Part shown: in pieces, positions 6,854 through 16,688 of the stretch | How positions within the stretch are numbered: position 1 is the stretch's first letter | Layout: every line of letters begins with the position of its first letter | IMG/VR virus record: IMGVR_UViG_3300042402_002641 | Location: 186,001-250,000 of that record | Direction: 5' to 3' (one strand) | DNA length: 64,000 nt | Notes under the pieces: generated by a model | The model's input: the letters and a program-made list of their open reading frames with translations, nothing else | Database searches by the model: none | Told to the model about the DNA's origin: nothing | Position numbers and translations under genes: made by a program

Positions 6854-8628
6854 TCTATGATCTCCACATCGTTGGAATAACTTGTGAATCCATTTTCTTT
6901 GATCACCTTCAGCACATGATTCACACGGCTGGTTAGATCATCTCTATGTGAAATTAGAAATACATTCTTGTCACGCTCGCGGGTCATGCGTTTCAACACA
7001 GCAATACTGGATTCTACTCCGCTGGCATCCATGCCTGAATCCACTAATTCGTCGATGAACAAGAGATTGATGCTGTGATAGAGATTCTCCCATACATCAC
7101 GGAAAGCCCATGACAACGATAGAATCAATCTATTGCGTTCACCGCGGCTCAAATTGTCAAAATCTAGATCCTGTCCCAGTTGGGTGATGATCACTGTGAG
7201 ATCATTTTGGAATTCCACTGTGTGCGGCAGGCCAATCTTGTCCAGATAATAGGTAAGGCGTTGATTAAGGAATGCGAGATTCTGATCAATGATGCGTTTG
7301 CGCACAAAACTATCTTTGTTTGTGAGTAATTTGTACAGAAACTCCTGATGGTCTTTGACACGCATCAGTTCATTCATGTAGTTCCAATCGATCTCCTGCA
7401 CCGCAGTGGCCTTGAGCTCGATGATCTGTTCATCATAGGGATTTTCATCTGCAGCCTTGATCTCGAGATCTTTTTCTAAACTGGTCAGTGTGTTCTTGTG
7501 ATTCAATGCTTCTTCCAAGGTATCGTACTGCACCGTTGGACAATCGCCTAGAGCTCCTAATTCTGTGAGTGCTGATTCATAGGCCGAGATGTTTGCAGTC
7601 TGCGAATCATATTCTGCACAGGCAGCCTCATGATCCTTGCGTTTTGCATCCATGACTTCGTCGTGCTTGGCATCATGAAATTCTTGACCACAGGCATGAC
7701 ACAGATGTCGTTCCAAGGTAGCGATTTCTGCTGCTAGTCGATCACGAAGTTTTTCTTCTCTGCTTTGATCTAGCCTAGCACGATTTAATTGAGCAGTGAC
7801 TTCATTAATGTCTTTGCGCAGTTGATTATAAACAGCCAGAGCCTTGTGTGCAGCCACTTCTTGTTCGATATCTATATGACTCAGATGATCGATACTCTTG
7901 AGAATATTTTCAAGATTTTTTTCTTTGGCTTCATCCCACATGTTCTGCTTGCGCTCTAGAGCAGTGATGCTCTGCTGTATACGCTCGTTGCTGGCTTTGA
8001 CAGTTTCTACTCGAGTGTTCTCTGTGCTGATACTGTCTTTGGTTAGCTTGATCTGCTCTTTGAGAGCTTCTGCTTTTTCACTCAGCAGCGTAATACCCAA
8101 CAACTGTTCGATGATAGCACGTTGTTCTGCAGCCTTCTGCGCCAAGAATGGTTCTGTGTAGGTGTTTAATGCCACAAGGTGCTTGAACATGTCGTGGCTC
8201 ATACAGAATCGTTCTTCGATGCTTTTCTGTGTTTCTCTGCTGTCGCCTTGCGATTCGTCTAGATCTGTGAGCTGCTGTTCTTCGCCATTGACACTGAATT
8301 TCAGTATGTTGGGTTTACGACCACGCTCGATATGGTATTCAACACCGTCTACGTCAAAGGTCACTGTGACCAGCATGCCCTTGCCGTTGATCTTGTTGAT
8401 TAAATTATCACGTTTGATATTGGTCAAGGCCTGTCCGTAGATGCCGTAACTGAGACCATTGATGATAGTGGTCTTGCCTGTGCCGTTTCTAGCACCCGAG
8501 TCGTCACCGCCTAGGTCTAAGTTTTCACCTAAGACCAGTGTGAGCTGTCCGCGATCAAAATCGATGGCCTGGGTCTGTGCGCCCACACTCATGAAGTTAC
8601 GAACTGTGAGATTCTTAATTTTAATCAT
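6850..8628 (-). CDS. gp46: Recombination endonuclease ATPase subunit (Rad50/SbcC)
   Basis: Walker A NGTGKT, coiled coil with CHAC zinc hook, signature LSRGE, Walker B LLFIDE, ISH. Confidence 0.95.
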   Translation of the reverse strand: MIKIKNLTVRNFMSVGAQTQAIDFDRGQLTLVLGENLDLGGDDSGARNGTGKTTIINGLSYGIYGQALTNIKRDNLINKINGKGMLVTVTFDVDGVEYHIERGRKPNILKFSVNGEEQQLTDLDESQGDSRETQKSIEERFCMSHDMFKHLVALNTYTEPFLAQKAAEQRAIIEQLLGITLLSEKAEALKEQIKLTKDSISTENTRVETVKASNERIQQSITALERKQNMWDEAKEKNLENILKSIDHLSHIDIEQEVAAHKALAVYNQLRKDINEVTAQLNRARLDQSREEKLRDRLAAEIATLERHLCHACGQEFHDAKHDEVMDAKRKDHEAACAEYDSQTANISAYESALTELGALGDCPTVQYDTLEEALNHKNTLTSLEKDLEIKAADENPYDEQIIELKATAVQEIDWNYMNELMRVKDHQEFLYKLLTNKDSFVRKRIIDQNLAFLNQRLTYYLDKIGLPHTVEFQNDLTVIITQLGQDLDFDNLSRGERNRLILSLSWAFRDVWENLYHSINLLFIDELVDSGMDASGVESSIAVLKRMTRERDKNVFLISHRDDLTSRVNHVLKVIKENGFTSYSNDVEIIE

Positions 8629-9635
8629 AGGTCGCTGTATATCTCCAACAGCAGGCTCTTGTCAAAGGTATCGCTGTCAATGGCATTGATCTGATTCATC
8701 ACTATGGTATCTACACTTTCAAAATTTATATCTATAGGAGTAGAATTTGCATCTACTTCTATTTTTTCGGGTATCAGCATCAGTTCTCTGAGATCATATT
8801 CAGGCATGAACTTTTCTTTGATGAAGTTGGCTTCTTCAAATGTGATAGGCAAATCAATGGTTACTCGACAGTGCATCTTAGGACGCAGAAGTTTTTCTGG
8901 TGTGTCGATGATTTGACTCAGCTTGTAGGTTCTATATATGGGTTGATCAGGCCAAGATATGTATTCAGGTTTTCCACCCCATTCTAGAATCATCATGCCA
9001 CGATCGTCGTCACCGGCATCCGCATAGTTATGAGGAAATGCATTACCTATGTAAACGATGTTGTTGTTCTGCTGACGTTTGTGGAAGTGTCCTGAGAACA
9101 CATAGTCTTGATGTTGGAAATGGCTACGCTGTAATTGTCCGTGATCTGGCATCTGTACCATAGCATTCATGTAAAAACTAGGCAGTTCGAAATGACCAAA
9201 AATGTATCGGCTTTTGATCTTAGGAACATCGCGCCATTCATCACCAACTAGCCAAGGTAGTATGGTGACATCTTCCATGGTTAATGGATCTTTGATAGCA
9301 ATGATATTAGGAAACAGACGCATGAATTCTATACTGTTGATTTCACGTTTGTCTTTGTAGAACAGATCGTGATTACCTAGTATAAAAAATACTTTTTCAA
9401 ACGAAGCATTTAATCTTTCAAGATTGCTCACAGTATAGTTCATGGTACTGACATCAGTGGTGCTGCGATTATGATGCCAATCTCCGAGGAATATAGCAGT
9501 TTCACAGCCGTTGGCCTTAGCAGTGTCGCAGAACCAATCCACAAACTGTTCGCAGTCAGTGTTGTGTGTTCTTGAACCACCCTTGAGACCAAAGTGTATG
9601 TCCGTGAAACAAGCGACTTTTTTAAATAGACTCAT
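8625..9635 (-). CDS. gp47: Recombination endonuclease nuclease subunit (Mre11/SbcD)
   Basis: Metallophosphoesterase motifs DIH, GDWHH, GNHD, GHF, SGHFH; coupled to gp46. Confidence 0.95.
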   Translation of the reverse strand: MSLFKKVACFTDIHFGLKGGSRTHNTDCEQFVDWFCDTAKANGCETAIFLGDWHHNRSTTDVSTMNYTVSNLERLNASFEKVFFILGNHDLFYKDKREINSIEFMRLFPNIIAIKDPLTMEDVTILPWLVGDEWRDVPKIKSRYIFGHFELPSFYMNAMVQMPDHGQLQRSHFQHQDYVFSGHFHKRQQNNNIVYIGNAFPHNYADAGDDDRGMMILEWGGKPEYISWPDQPIYRTYKLSQIIDTPEKLLRPKMHCRVTIDLPITFEEANFIKEKFMPEYDLRELMLIPEKIEVDANSTPIDINFESVDTIVMNQINAIDSDTFDKSLLLEIYSDL

Positions 9636-9641
9636 AGACTT

Positions 9642-9670
9642 ATTATACCGCCTTTATGATGAAAGATCAA
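9642..9670 (-). promoter_or_regulatory. Sigma70-type promoter TTGATC-N17-TATAAT, probably giving a leaderless gp47 mRNA
   Basis: -35 at 9670-9665, -10 at 9647-9642, only 6 nt to the ATG at 9635. Confidence 0.7.
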
Positions 9671-10521
9671 TCCCAATCACTGCCTGTGTTATCCACAGTG
9701 GTAGTGACTATGGCAGGTCCGGGCACACTGCCGCCTGCGTTCTGTCTGGTCCATGAAGGGTTCATGCCGTTCATTTCTAGAATGTCGTCTCGAATGTTTT
9801 GATTGCGTTTTTCGATATTGATGATTCGCACGAATGAATTAGTAACAGCAGCGGTATAATAAGCAAAAGGATTATCGGATTTGGATTCATCGAACTGTAG
9901 TCCTATCTGAGTGAGTTGTAAGATGGCCTGCCCACGCATTTCGTCATTGTAGGTATAGCCTCGAACGTTGCCTCTAGTAGCATAGCGTTCACAGAGCTTG
10001 ATAAACATGCGAGCGAGATCGTTGGTCATCTGACCGTGATCCTTAGAGAATTCACCGTGTTCGAGATCACCTTTCCAGTGGCTCTTGCCCACACAACTGA
10101 TATTACCTTTGTCATCGAATTTCCAATGTTGGAATGGAGGAAAATTAACTTTGTCATGACTGTCCGCGGTGTTCTTCAACGTCTTTTTGCGACCCGGAGC
10201 CAACGGTATATGTTCAAAGGTCATCACACGGAATATGAGATCTTCCTTGCGCATCTTTTTGTAATCTACTTCAAATTCTTTAGCAGGTAGTTTTTTACCT
10301 CCGGCTATTACCGCTGCTTCGTGTGCCTGTTTACTGAGTCTAGCTGCACAATTTCTTTTAGCCTCTGCTATGGTTCTTATGTTGATTTTAGCTAGGTTAG
10401 GTACTATGAGATCATAGAATCCATATTCTGGTTTGAGGTAGCTGCAATAGGTATTTTTACTAAGGTGTATTTCTTTGAGTAGGTCTTTGTTGGTCAAGTA
10501 CTTGATCTTGGGCACTGTCAT
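9667..10521 (-). CDS. gp55: Late transcription sigma factor, T4 gp55-like
   Basis: YLTNKDLL N-terminus, GYTYNDEM, QFDESKSDNPFAYYT; next to gp47/gp46 as in T4-like phages. Confidence 0.85.
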   Translation of the reverse strand: MTVPKIKYLTNKDLLKEIHLSKNTYCSYLKPEYGFYDLIVPNLAKINIRTIAEAKRNCAARLSKQAHEAAVIAGGKKLPAKEFEVDYKKMRKEDLIFRVMTFEHIPLAPGRKKTLKNTADSHDKVNFPPFQHWKFDDKGNISCVGKSHWKGDLEHGEFSKDHGQMTNDLARMFIKLCERYATRGNVRGYTYNDEMRGQAILQLTQIGLQFDESKSDNPFAYYTAAVTNSFVRIINIEKRNQNIRDDILEMNGMNPSWTRQNAGGSVPGPAIVTTTVDNTGSDWD

Positions 10522-10548
10522 TGATTATAATTCTCCGTGGTTAGTAAT

Positions 10549-10557
10549 ATAATAGCA
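10549..10557 (-). promoter_or_regulatory. Extended -10-like element TGCTATTAT upstream of gp55
   Basis: TGnTATTAT on the minus strand; GGAG RBS downstream; no clear -35. Confidence 0.4.
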
Positions 10558-10570
10558 CATTTTTCTAATA

Positions 10571-10577
10571 ATAAATA
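10571..10577 (+). promoter_or_regulatory. Late promoter ATAAATA for the baseplate operon
   Basis: 27 nt upstream of ATG 10604; AAGGA RBS. Confidence 0.7.
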
Positions 10578-10603
10578 GTCTATAACAAGGAAATCTGTTC
10601 AAA

Positions 10604-11884
10604 ATGGCGAGAAAAACCTATCCTGAAACCCCTGCAGAAGAAGCCGCAAGAATCAACTCTGCCAGCGGTGATCCTGAGGGCATCACTGCACAACAGGTGG
10701 CTAACAACCGCAAGCTCAATGAATCATTGACTGCATCATTTGGATTTGGCAACAGTTCCAGTGGTCCTCCGGTTAATCCTTTCGCAAGTCTAGTAGCAGG
10801 AGTTTCTTCTAGAATACAACAAACCCAGGAAGCTGACGCGGCCCAATTACCTGGAAATTTTGCACAGGCCAAAGCTGAATTAGACGACAAGATTTCTAAA
10901 GCATCTGGAGAGATAGGATCGGGCCTTAACGGATTTACCGGTAATGTAAAACAAGGAATCTCCCAGTTGCAGGCATCTTTAGGTGCCTCGGGTGCTGAAA
11001 CAGGGCTTGGAGGATTTGCTGATGCTGCTAAAAGTAAATTAAGTGGTGCAATAGGTTCATTGCAATCAGCGGCAGGCTCAACCAGTAACATTGCGGCAGA
11101 TATCTCCGGTACTATAAACAAATTAACAGGCGGCAGCCTTGCTGGGGGTCTGCTGAAAGCTGCAGGACAAATTAGTGCAGCAGCCGGTATGCTTAACAAT
11201 ATACTTAGCTTAAAGAGAGGAGCCAATCTTCCAAAGGGAGCAGATGTGTTTAGTAAAAACGGAGAACCGATAAAATTAAATGTTTCTTCGAAAAATGATT
11301 GGCGTGTAAGAATAGATTGTCAATGGAATATTTTTGATAGTCCTATCTTTGAAAGATTAAAACTCACAGGCGGAGTGGTATGGCCATACCTACCTAGTAT
11401 CACAGTGGCTACCAAGGCAGAGTATACACCAATTAATACAACACACAATAATTACACCAACTATGCCTATAAAGGCAGCATGGTAGATGACATACAGATC
11501 TCTGGAGAGTTTTCGTGCGAAACAGCCAGCGATGCGGCATATTGGATAGCTGCTACTACCTTTTTCAAAACAGCAACTAAAATGTTTTTCGGTCAAGGAG
11601 AACTAGCTGGTAATCCTCCGATTATTTGTATTCTCAAAGGCTATGGAGCCAGTGTGTTTAACAATACACCAGTGATTATAAAAAGTTTTTCAGTAGACCT
11701 CAAGGATGATGTTAATTATGTTAAATGTGAAGAATTTGGATCTACTACATGGGTACCGGTTCTCAGCACGATTTCAGTAACAGTATCGCCAGTATATACC
11801 AGAGCTAGAATGCGCAAATTCAGTCTCCAAGATTATTCACGTGGTAGTCTTGCAGGAGAAAAAGGTCGAGTAGGATATATCTAA
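10604..11884 (+). CDS. Baseplate tail-tube cap/initiator-like protein with Gly/Ala-rich N-terminal extension
   Basis: C-terminal WPYLPSI...THNNY...I.ISGEF...PPII..L.GYG...PV.I.SF domain; position before the gp53-like gene. Confidence 0.55.
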   Translation: MARKTYPETPAEEAARINSASGDPEGITAQQVANNRKLNESLTASFGFGNSSSGPPVNPFASLVAGVSSRIQQTQEADAAQLPGNFAQAKAELDDKISKASGEIGSGLNGFTGNVKQGISQLQASLGASGAETGLGGFADAAKSKLSGAIGSLQSAAGSTSNIAADISGTINKLTGGSLAGGLLKAAGQISAAAGMLNNILSLKRGANLPKGADVFSKNGEPIKLNVSSKNDWRVRIDCQWNIFDSPIFERLKLTGGVVWPYLPSITVATKAEYTPINTTHNNYTNYAYKGSMVDDIQISGEFSCETASDAAYWIAATTFFKTATKMFFGQGELAGNPPIICILKGYGASVFNNTPVIIKSFSVDLKDDVNYVKCEEFGSTTWVPVLSTISVTVSPVYTRARMRKFSLQDYSRGSLAGEKGRVGYI

Positions 11885-12183
11885 TGGCAAAATATTCTAA
11901 AGCAAGTCCGTGGGCCAACACCCAACAAAATAATTTTTATCTGGAACTGTTAGATATTCGTCCAGTGCCTTCTGAAGCAGACGATGTTAGATATGTGATT
12001 GAAAATCAATATCGTAACAGACCGGATTTATTAGCCTATGATCTTTACGGGGATCCTAAATTATGGTGGGTATTTGTGCAAAGAAATATGTCAGTGATAA
12101 AAGATCCTATCTACGATTTCAGACCAGGCACAGCCATATATCTGCCTAAGAAAAGTAATCTATCAAAGTTTCTAGGAGTGTGA
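11884..12183 (+). CDS. gp53: Baseplate wedge protein, gp53/LysM-like
   Basis: RPDLLAYDLYGDPKLWWVF...N...DP...F..G..IYLP. Confidence 0.75.
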   Translation: MAKYSKASPWANTQQNNFYLELLDIRPVPSEADDVRYVIENQYRNRPDLLAYDLYGDPKLWWVFVQRNMSVIKDPIYDFRPGTAIYLPKKSNLSKFLGV

Positions 12184-12184
12184 T

Positions 12185-14602
12185 ATGGCGTTAAGAGAAC
12201 TAGGAAGAATTTTAGAAATTAAAAAACCAGACGGAACTTCTGTAATCCCGTTTGATACTGCTGCTGGCTTTAATATAAATTCAGTGTTTCGCACCACAGA
12301 AAATTTGATTGCCAGAGCGACTAATCCTATTCAGGACGGTAAAAGCAGTATAGCAGCTGATCCAAAAAAATTATCTTCAGCTGCAACAAAAAATTTACCA
12401 TCTTTAACTCCTAATCCTATGGAAGAGTTTGCCACCAGCACCATATTATGGACGCTGGCCGCATTGACTCCTCAGCAGTTTAATGATCCAGCATCATATA
12501 GAAATAGTACCAGTGAATTAAAAAATGTTGTGTTTAGTTCCGGTGGAAGATTTGATGACCAACGTGTGAACACCTTATTCGGAGCTCCGGAATATTTTAT
12601 TAATAATTTTGTTATGAACAGCATTATCGGAGCCAATGAAAAAACTGGAAACAGTAATGCCATAAAATTTAGTTTTGAAATTATAGAACCTCAATCTATG
12701 GGACTGTTGTTACAGAGCATGCAGAATGCTGCAATAAAGGCTGGATATCTCAGTTACCTTGACAACTGTCCGTATGTTCTAAGAATGGATATCAAAGGGT
12801 TCGACGAACTGGGAGTACCTATAAGTTCAATCAAACCAAAATTCTTTGTGATGAAGTTGGTTTCTATGAAATTTACAGTTACTGAAGCGGGTTCTAATTA
12901 TAAAGTAGAAGGCATTCCATACAATCATCAGGCATTTTCAGATGCTATTAATACAACCTATAACGATTTAAAAATAGCCGGAGATATTAAAGGACAAGGC
13001 GTAGTAGCTGAAGTTTTACAGACCAGTCCAGACGGGTTGACAGCGGTATTAAATCGTAACGAACAAAAATTAAAAGAAACAGAGCGTATTGTTTATCCTG
13101 ATAGATATGTTATACAATTCCCTCAAACCAGTAGCACTTGGTATTCTTCTGCAGGAAAAAAAGAAAAGAGAAATTCAGCTACAATAGATCCTGTCGAAGA
13201 AGAAAACGAGGGAGACATTGAGTTGTTTGGTTCTGGAGTTAGTGTAGAAGCAGATGTGTCAAACTTGCCGATTAATGATATAGGAAGGTCTAGTCTCGGC
13301 TTCGATCAATTGAGAGGCGGCGCTAATATTTTTAAACGGGCTGGAGACAGTATAGATGAAAAAACAGGATTAGTGAAAAGAGATGGGATGACTATAGATC
13401 CTAAGCAACGAGCTTTTCAATTTGGACAAGGACAGTCGCTGACTTCTATTATTAATCAGATAGTGTTGAGTTCTAAATATGCATTTAATGCCATTAACGA
13501 AAAACCTACTCCAGAAGGATATATCAAATGGTTTAAATTAGATGCACAGATAGAACTTTTAGAATATGACCCGTTAATAGGAGATTACGCTAAAAAAATT
13601 ACTTATAGAGTAGTGCCCTACTTTATACATCAATCTATATTTGCTAATCCTAGTTCTGCTCCTGTGGGATATCATGAATTAATGAAATCAGTGGTTAAGG
13701 AGTATCAATATATCTATACTGGACAAAATGTTGACGTCACACGATTTGATATAGAAATCAATAATTTATTCTATACTGGTGCCAATCCCTCATCAGAAAA
13801 TAGCGGATCTAAAACTGCTAATCAGGATCAAAAACCTGCAGAAAGAACAAATGCTACTACAGGTGTTGGCCAGGGTAACACACCGGCCGCACAGGCGGCT
13901 CAATTAGGTAGAGCTAGACCTAAACGAGATCCTAAACTGTTAAAGGGCTACAAAGGTGGTAATTCTGATAAGACAGTAGAACAGAACATAGCAGAAACTT
14001 TTCAACAGGCCTTTCTCAGCGGTAACAGTGCTGATTTGGTTACTGTAAATCTTGAAATACTCGGAGATCCTTATTGGCTTGTAGACAGCGGAATAGCTAA
14101 TTATTTTTCAGACGCTCCATCACCTAACAGCCAAATTACCAACGACGGAACCATGAACTATGAAAGTGGCAATGTTTACATCTATCTAACATTTCGAACT
14201 CCGACCGATATTAATGAAACAACTGGATTGTATGATTTTTCACAGGCCGGTAAAGAAAGTCCGTTCGGCGGCATATACCGAGTTGTGATGTGTGAAAACA
14301 CTTTTTCTGATGGACAATGGAAACAAAAACTCAAATGTATTAGGATGCCAGGACCTCAAGGACCAGAAGTAACTGATGAAGACCGTTCGGGCACAGTAAC
14401 TCCTACCGATGCTGGGGCTATTGACATTAAAGAACAGGAAGCTCCGAGTACTAGCCCTATAGATGATGGGAACCCCACTACACAACTAGCTTCTAACAAC
14501 AGTTCAACATCAACAGAAAGCACAGTATCGACTAGAACAACTTCTAATCAAGCACCGACTAGAACAGGTTTTAGATATTATAGAGATTTAGGACAAGGAT
14601 AA
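12185..14602 (+). CDS. Baseplate hub protein (gp27/VgrG-like)
   Basis: Lies between the gp53-like and gp5-like genes; LEILGDPYW and GIYRV...ENTFSDG.W.Q.L C-terminal hub motifs. Confidence 0.6.
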   Translation: MALRELGRILEIKKPDGTSVIPFDTAAGFNINSVFRTTENLIARATNPIQDGKSSIAADPKKLSSAATKNLPSLTPNPMEEFATSTILWTLAALTPQQFNDPASYRNSTSELKNVVFSSGGRFDDQRVNTLFGAPEYFINNFVMNSIIGANEKTGNSNAIKFSFEIIEPQSMGLLLQSMQNAAIKAGYLSYLDNCPYVLRMDIKGFDELGVPISSIKPKFFVMKLVSMKFTVTEAGSNYKVEGIPYNHQAFSDAINTTYNDLKIAGDIKGQGVVAEVLQTSPDGLTAVLNRNEQKLKETERIVYPDRYVIQFPQTSSTWYSSAGKKEKRNSATIDPVEEENEGDIELFGSGVSVEADVSNLPINDIGRSSLGFDQLRGGANIFKRAGDSIDEKTGLVKRDGMTIDPKQRAFQFGQGQSLTSIINQIVLSSKYAFNAINEKPTPEGYIKWFKLDAQIELLEYDPLIGDYAKKITYRVVPYFIHQSIFANPSSAPVGYHELMKSVVKEYQYIYTGQNVDVTRFDIEINNLFYTGANPSSENSGSKTANQDQKPAERTNATTGVGQGNTPAAQAAQLGRARPKRDPKLLKGYKGGNSDKTVEQNIAETFQQAFLSGNSADLVTVNLEILGDPYWLVDSGIANYFSDAPSPNSQITNDGTMNYESGNVYIYLTFRTPTDINETTGLYDFSQAGKESPFGGIYRVVMCENTFSDGQWKQKLKCIRMPGPQGPEVTDEDRSGTVTPTDAGAIDIKEQEAPSTSPIDDGNPTTQLASNNSSTSTESTVSTRTTSNQAPTRTGFRYYRDLGQG

Positions 14603-14605
14603 CAC

Positions 14606-16204
14606 ATGGCAGAATTAGGTCGTCCTTCAGCTGAAGGAGAAGGAAAGTCAGGAGGTCTCACCCAAGGTATATATCTTGCAAGGGTGATCAGTCATCTTGA
14701 TCCAACTTTCATGGGATCATTGGAAGTGACATTACTTAAAGATCAAGGTAATGACCCTGGAGATGACAGTCAATTACATATAGTAAAATATGCTCCGCCC
14801 TTCTTTGGTTACACAGGGTTTGAATATATGGGCAAGAATGATGGTACTAGTTCTACCATCGACGGATTCAATGATACACAGAAGAGCTACGGCATGTGGT
14901 TCGTGCCTCCAGATGTCGGTGTTAACGTGTTAGTGCTTTTTGTGGATGGCGATCCTGGACAGGGCTATTGGTTTGCCTGTGTTCCTGGCCGTTATATTAA
15001 TAACATGGTTCCGGCTATTGCAGGATCTAAAATAAATGCATTAGATGCAGAAGATAAAGCTAGGTACGGTAACACAAAACTGCCATTACCTGTAGCAGAA
15101 ATAAACAAACGTATCAACGGTGAGAAGCAAGAAATAGATCCAGAAAAAATTCCTAGAGTTGTACATCCTATTGCTGATAGATTTTTAGAGCAAGGATTAC
15201 TAGAAGATGATGTTCGTGGAACAAGTTCGTCATCACCTAGAAGAGAACTACCAGGTATGGTGTTTGGTATTTCAACTCCCGGCCCAGTCGATCGCAGAAC
15301 TAATGCTAAAAAAGCAGTGATAGGAAAAAAAGACAGCAAGTCTGCACCACTACCTATCAGCAGATTAGGTGGCACACAGCTAGTCATGGACGACGGCGAC
15401 GATCGTTATCACAGAGAAAAAACAGCCGCAGAAGGTCCAGTGAAATATGTTGACCTTTTAGATCCAGAAGTTCAGCGTAGAATTTCACAGGGAGAAGCCA
15501 CAGTTCCTTACAATGAATATTTCAGAGTGAGAACTAGAACTGGTCATCAGATACTTTTACATAATTCGGAAGATCTAATCTACATAGGCAATGCTAGAGG
15601 CACTGCTTGGATTGAAATGACCAGCAATGGCAAGATAGATATCTATGCACAAGACAGTGTCAGCATACACACAGCTACTGATCTTAACATACGTGCCGAC
15701 AGAGACATTAATTTTGAAGCTGGCCGCAACATGAATTTTAGAACAGAATCAGGAAAGTGGCATGCAGAAATTGCCACAGACATGGAGTTTTTGATCAACA
15801 ACGATGCCAAGCTCACAGTAGGAGCCAATTGTGATATTCTAGTAGGGGCTAAACTTAAAATTTCGGCCAACAATGACATGGACATCGCTACTAATACAGA
15901 ACTCAAAGTTTCCGCTACCGGCGACATCAGCGTAGGTTCGACATCAGAATTAAAAATGAATGGTTCAAAAATCAATCTCAACGGACCTAATAATTCGGAA
16001 ACTGCCGCGACAGCAGACTTTGTAAGACCTTATGATCTCAGAGATAACGTAGCAACCAGCACCACCGCAGGCTGGGACAAGAGATATCAATCAGGAATAG
16101 TTAAGAGTTTTATGAAAAGGATTCCTATGCACGAACCCTGGCCGTTGCATGAACATTTGGCTCCTGCGCAATTAACTCCTGATAACACAGATAGGGACGC
16201 ATAA
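14606..16204 (+). CDS. gp5: Baseplate central spike, gp5-like (OB-fold plus beta-helix, no lysozyme domain seen)
   Basis: DP..MG.L.V, YGMWFVPPDVG..VLV.F, RTRTGHQI, 8-residue beta-helix repeats, His-rich C-terminus. Confidence 0.75.
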   Translation: MAELGRPSAEGEGKSGGLTQGIYLARVISHLDPTFMGSLEVTLLKDQGNDPGDDSQLHIVKYAPPFFGYTGFEYMGKNDGTSSTIDGFNDTQKSYGMWFVPPDVGVNVLVLFVDGDPGQGYWFACVPGRYINNMVPAIAGSKINALDAEDKARYGNTKLPLPVAEINKRINGEKQEIDPEKIPRVVHPIADRFLEQGLLEDDVRGTSSSSPRRELPGMVFGISTPGPVDRRTNAKKAVIGKKDSKSAPLPISRLGGTQLVMDDGDDRYHREKTAAEGPVKYVDLLDPEVQRRISQGEATVPYNEYFRVRTRTGHQILLHNSEDLIYIGNARGTAWIEMTSNGKIDIYAQDSVSIHTATDLNIRADRDINFEAGRNMNFRTESGKWHAEIATDMEFLINNDAKLTVGANCDILVGAKLKISANNDMDIATNTELKVSATGDISVGSTSELKMNGSKINLNGPNNSETAATADFVRPYDLRDNVATSTTAGWDKRYQSGIVKSFMKRIPMHEPWPLHEHLAPAQLTPDNTDRDA

Positions 16205-16205
16205 T

Positions 16206-16646
16206 ATGGCAAATAAACTTTATAATCAAAAAACAGTAGCTAATAATACCGCTGTTACAACAGAAAAAAATCTAGGAGTTTTTTTGTACAAAGGATTTAG
16301 TAGTCAACAGAGTTCAAGAAATTACAAACTCTATGATATTGATCTAGTCAAGCAGGATTTGATTAATCATTTCTATATCCGTAAAGGAGAGAAATTAGAA
16401 AATCCAGATTTCGGCACAGTGATTTGGGATATGTTGTTTGAAAATTTTACCGAAGATGTCAAGCAGATCATCGCCAAAGACGTTGAAGCCATAATAAATT
16501 ACGATCCAAGAATTTCGGTGAACACTGTGACTATAGACAGTACGGACCAAGGAATTCGCATACAAGCCGACATAGTGTACATTCCTTTCAACGTAAATGA
16601 ACGCATGTCTTTTGATTTCGATAAAACTAATAATATCATAATATGA
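16206..16646 (+). CDS. gp25: Baseplate wedge subunit, gp25-like
   Basis: KGE...NPDFGT.IW..LFE...I..YDPR. Confidence 0.9.
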   Translation: MANKLYNQKTVANNTAVTTEKNLGVFLYKGFSSQQSSRNYKLYDIDLVKQDLINHFYIRKGEKLENPDFGTVIWDMLFENFTEDVKQIIAKDVEAIINYDPRISVNTVTIDSTDQGIRIQADIVYIPFNVNERMSFDFDKTNNIII

Positions 16647-16662
16647 CCACTTTATTTTATAA

Positions 16663-16670
16663 TATAAATA
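16663..16670 (+). promoter_or_regulatory. Late promoter TATAAATA
   Basis: Exact consensus 19 nt upstream of ATG 16689. Confidence 0.75.
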
Positions 16671-16688
16671 TTGGCATAGGGACTCGAA

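Noticed and set aside
10618-11226. 202-aa minus-strand ORF
   Set aside because: Antisense to the Gly/Ala-rich part of the baseplate gene; no independent signals.
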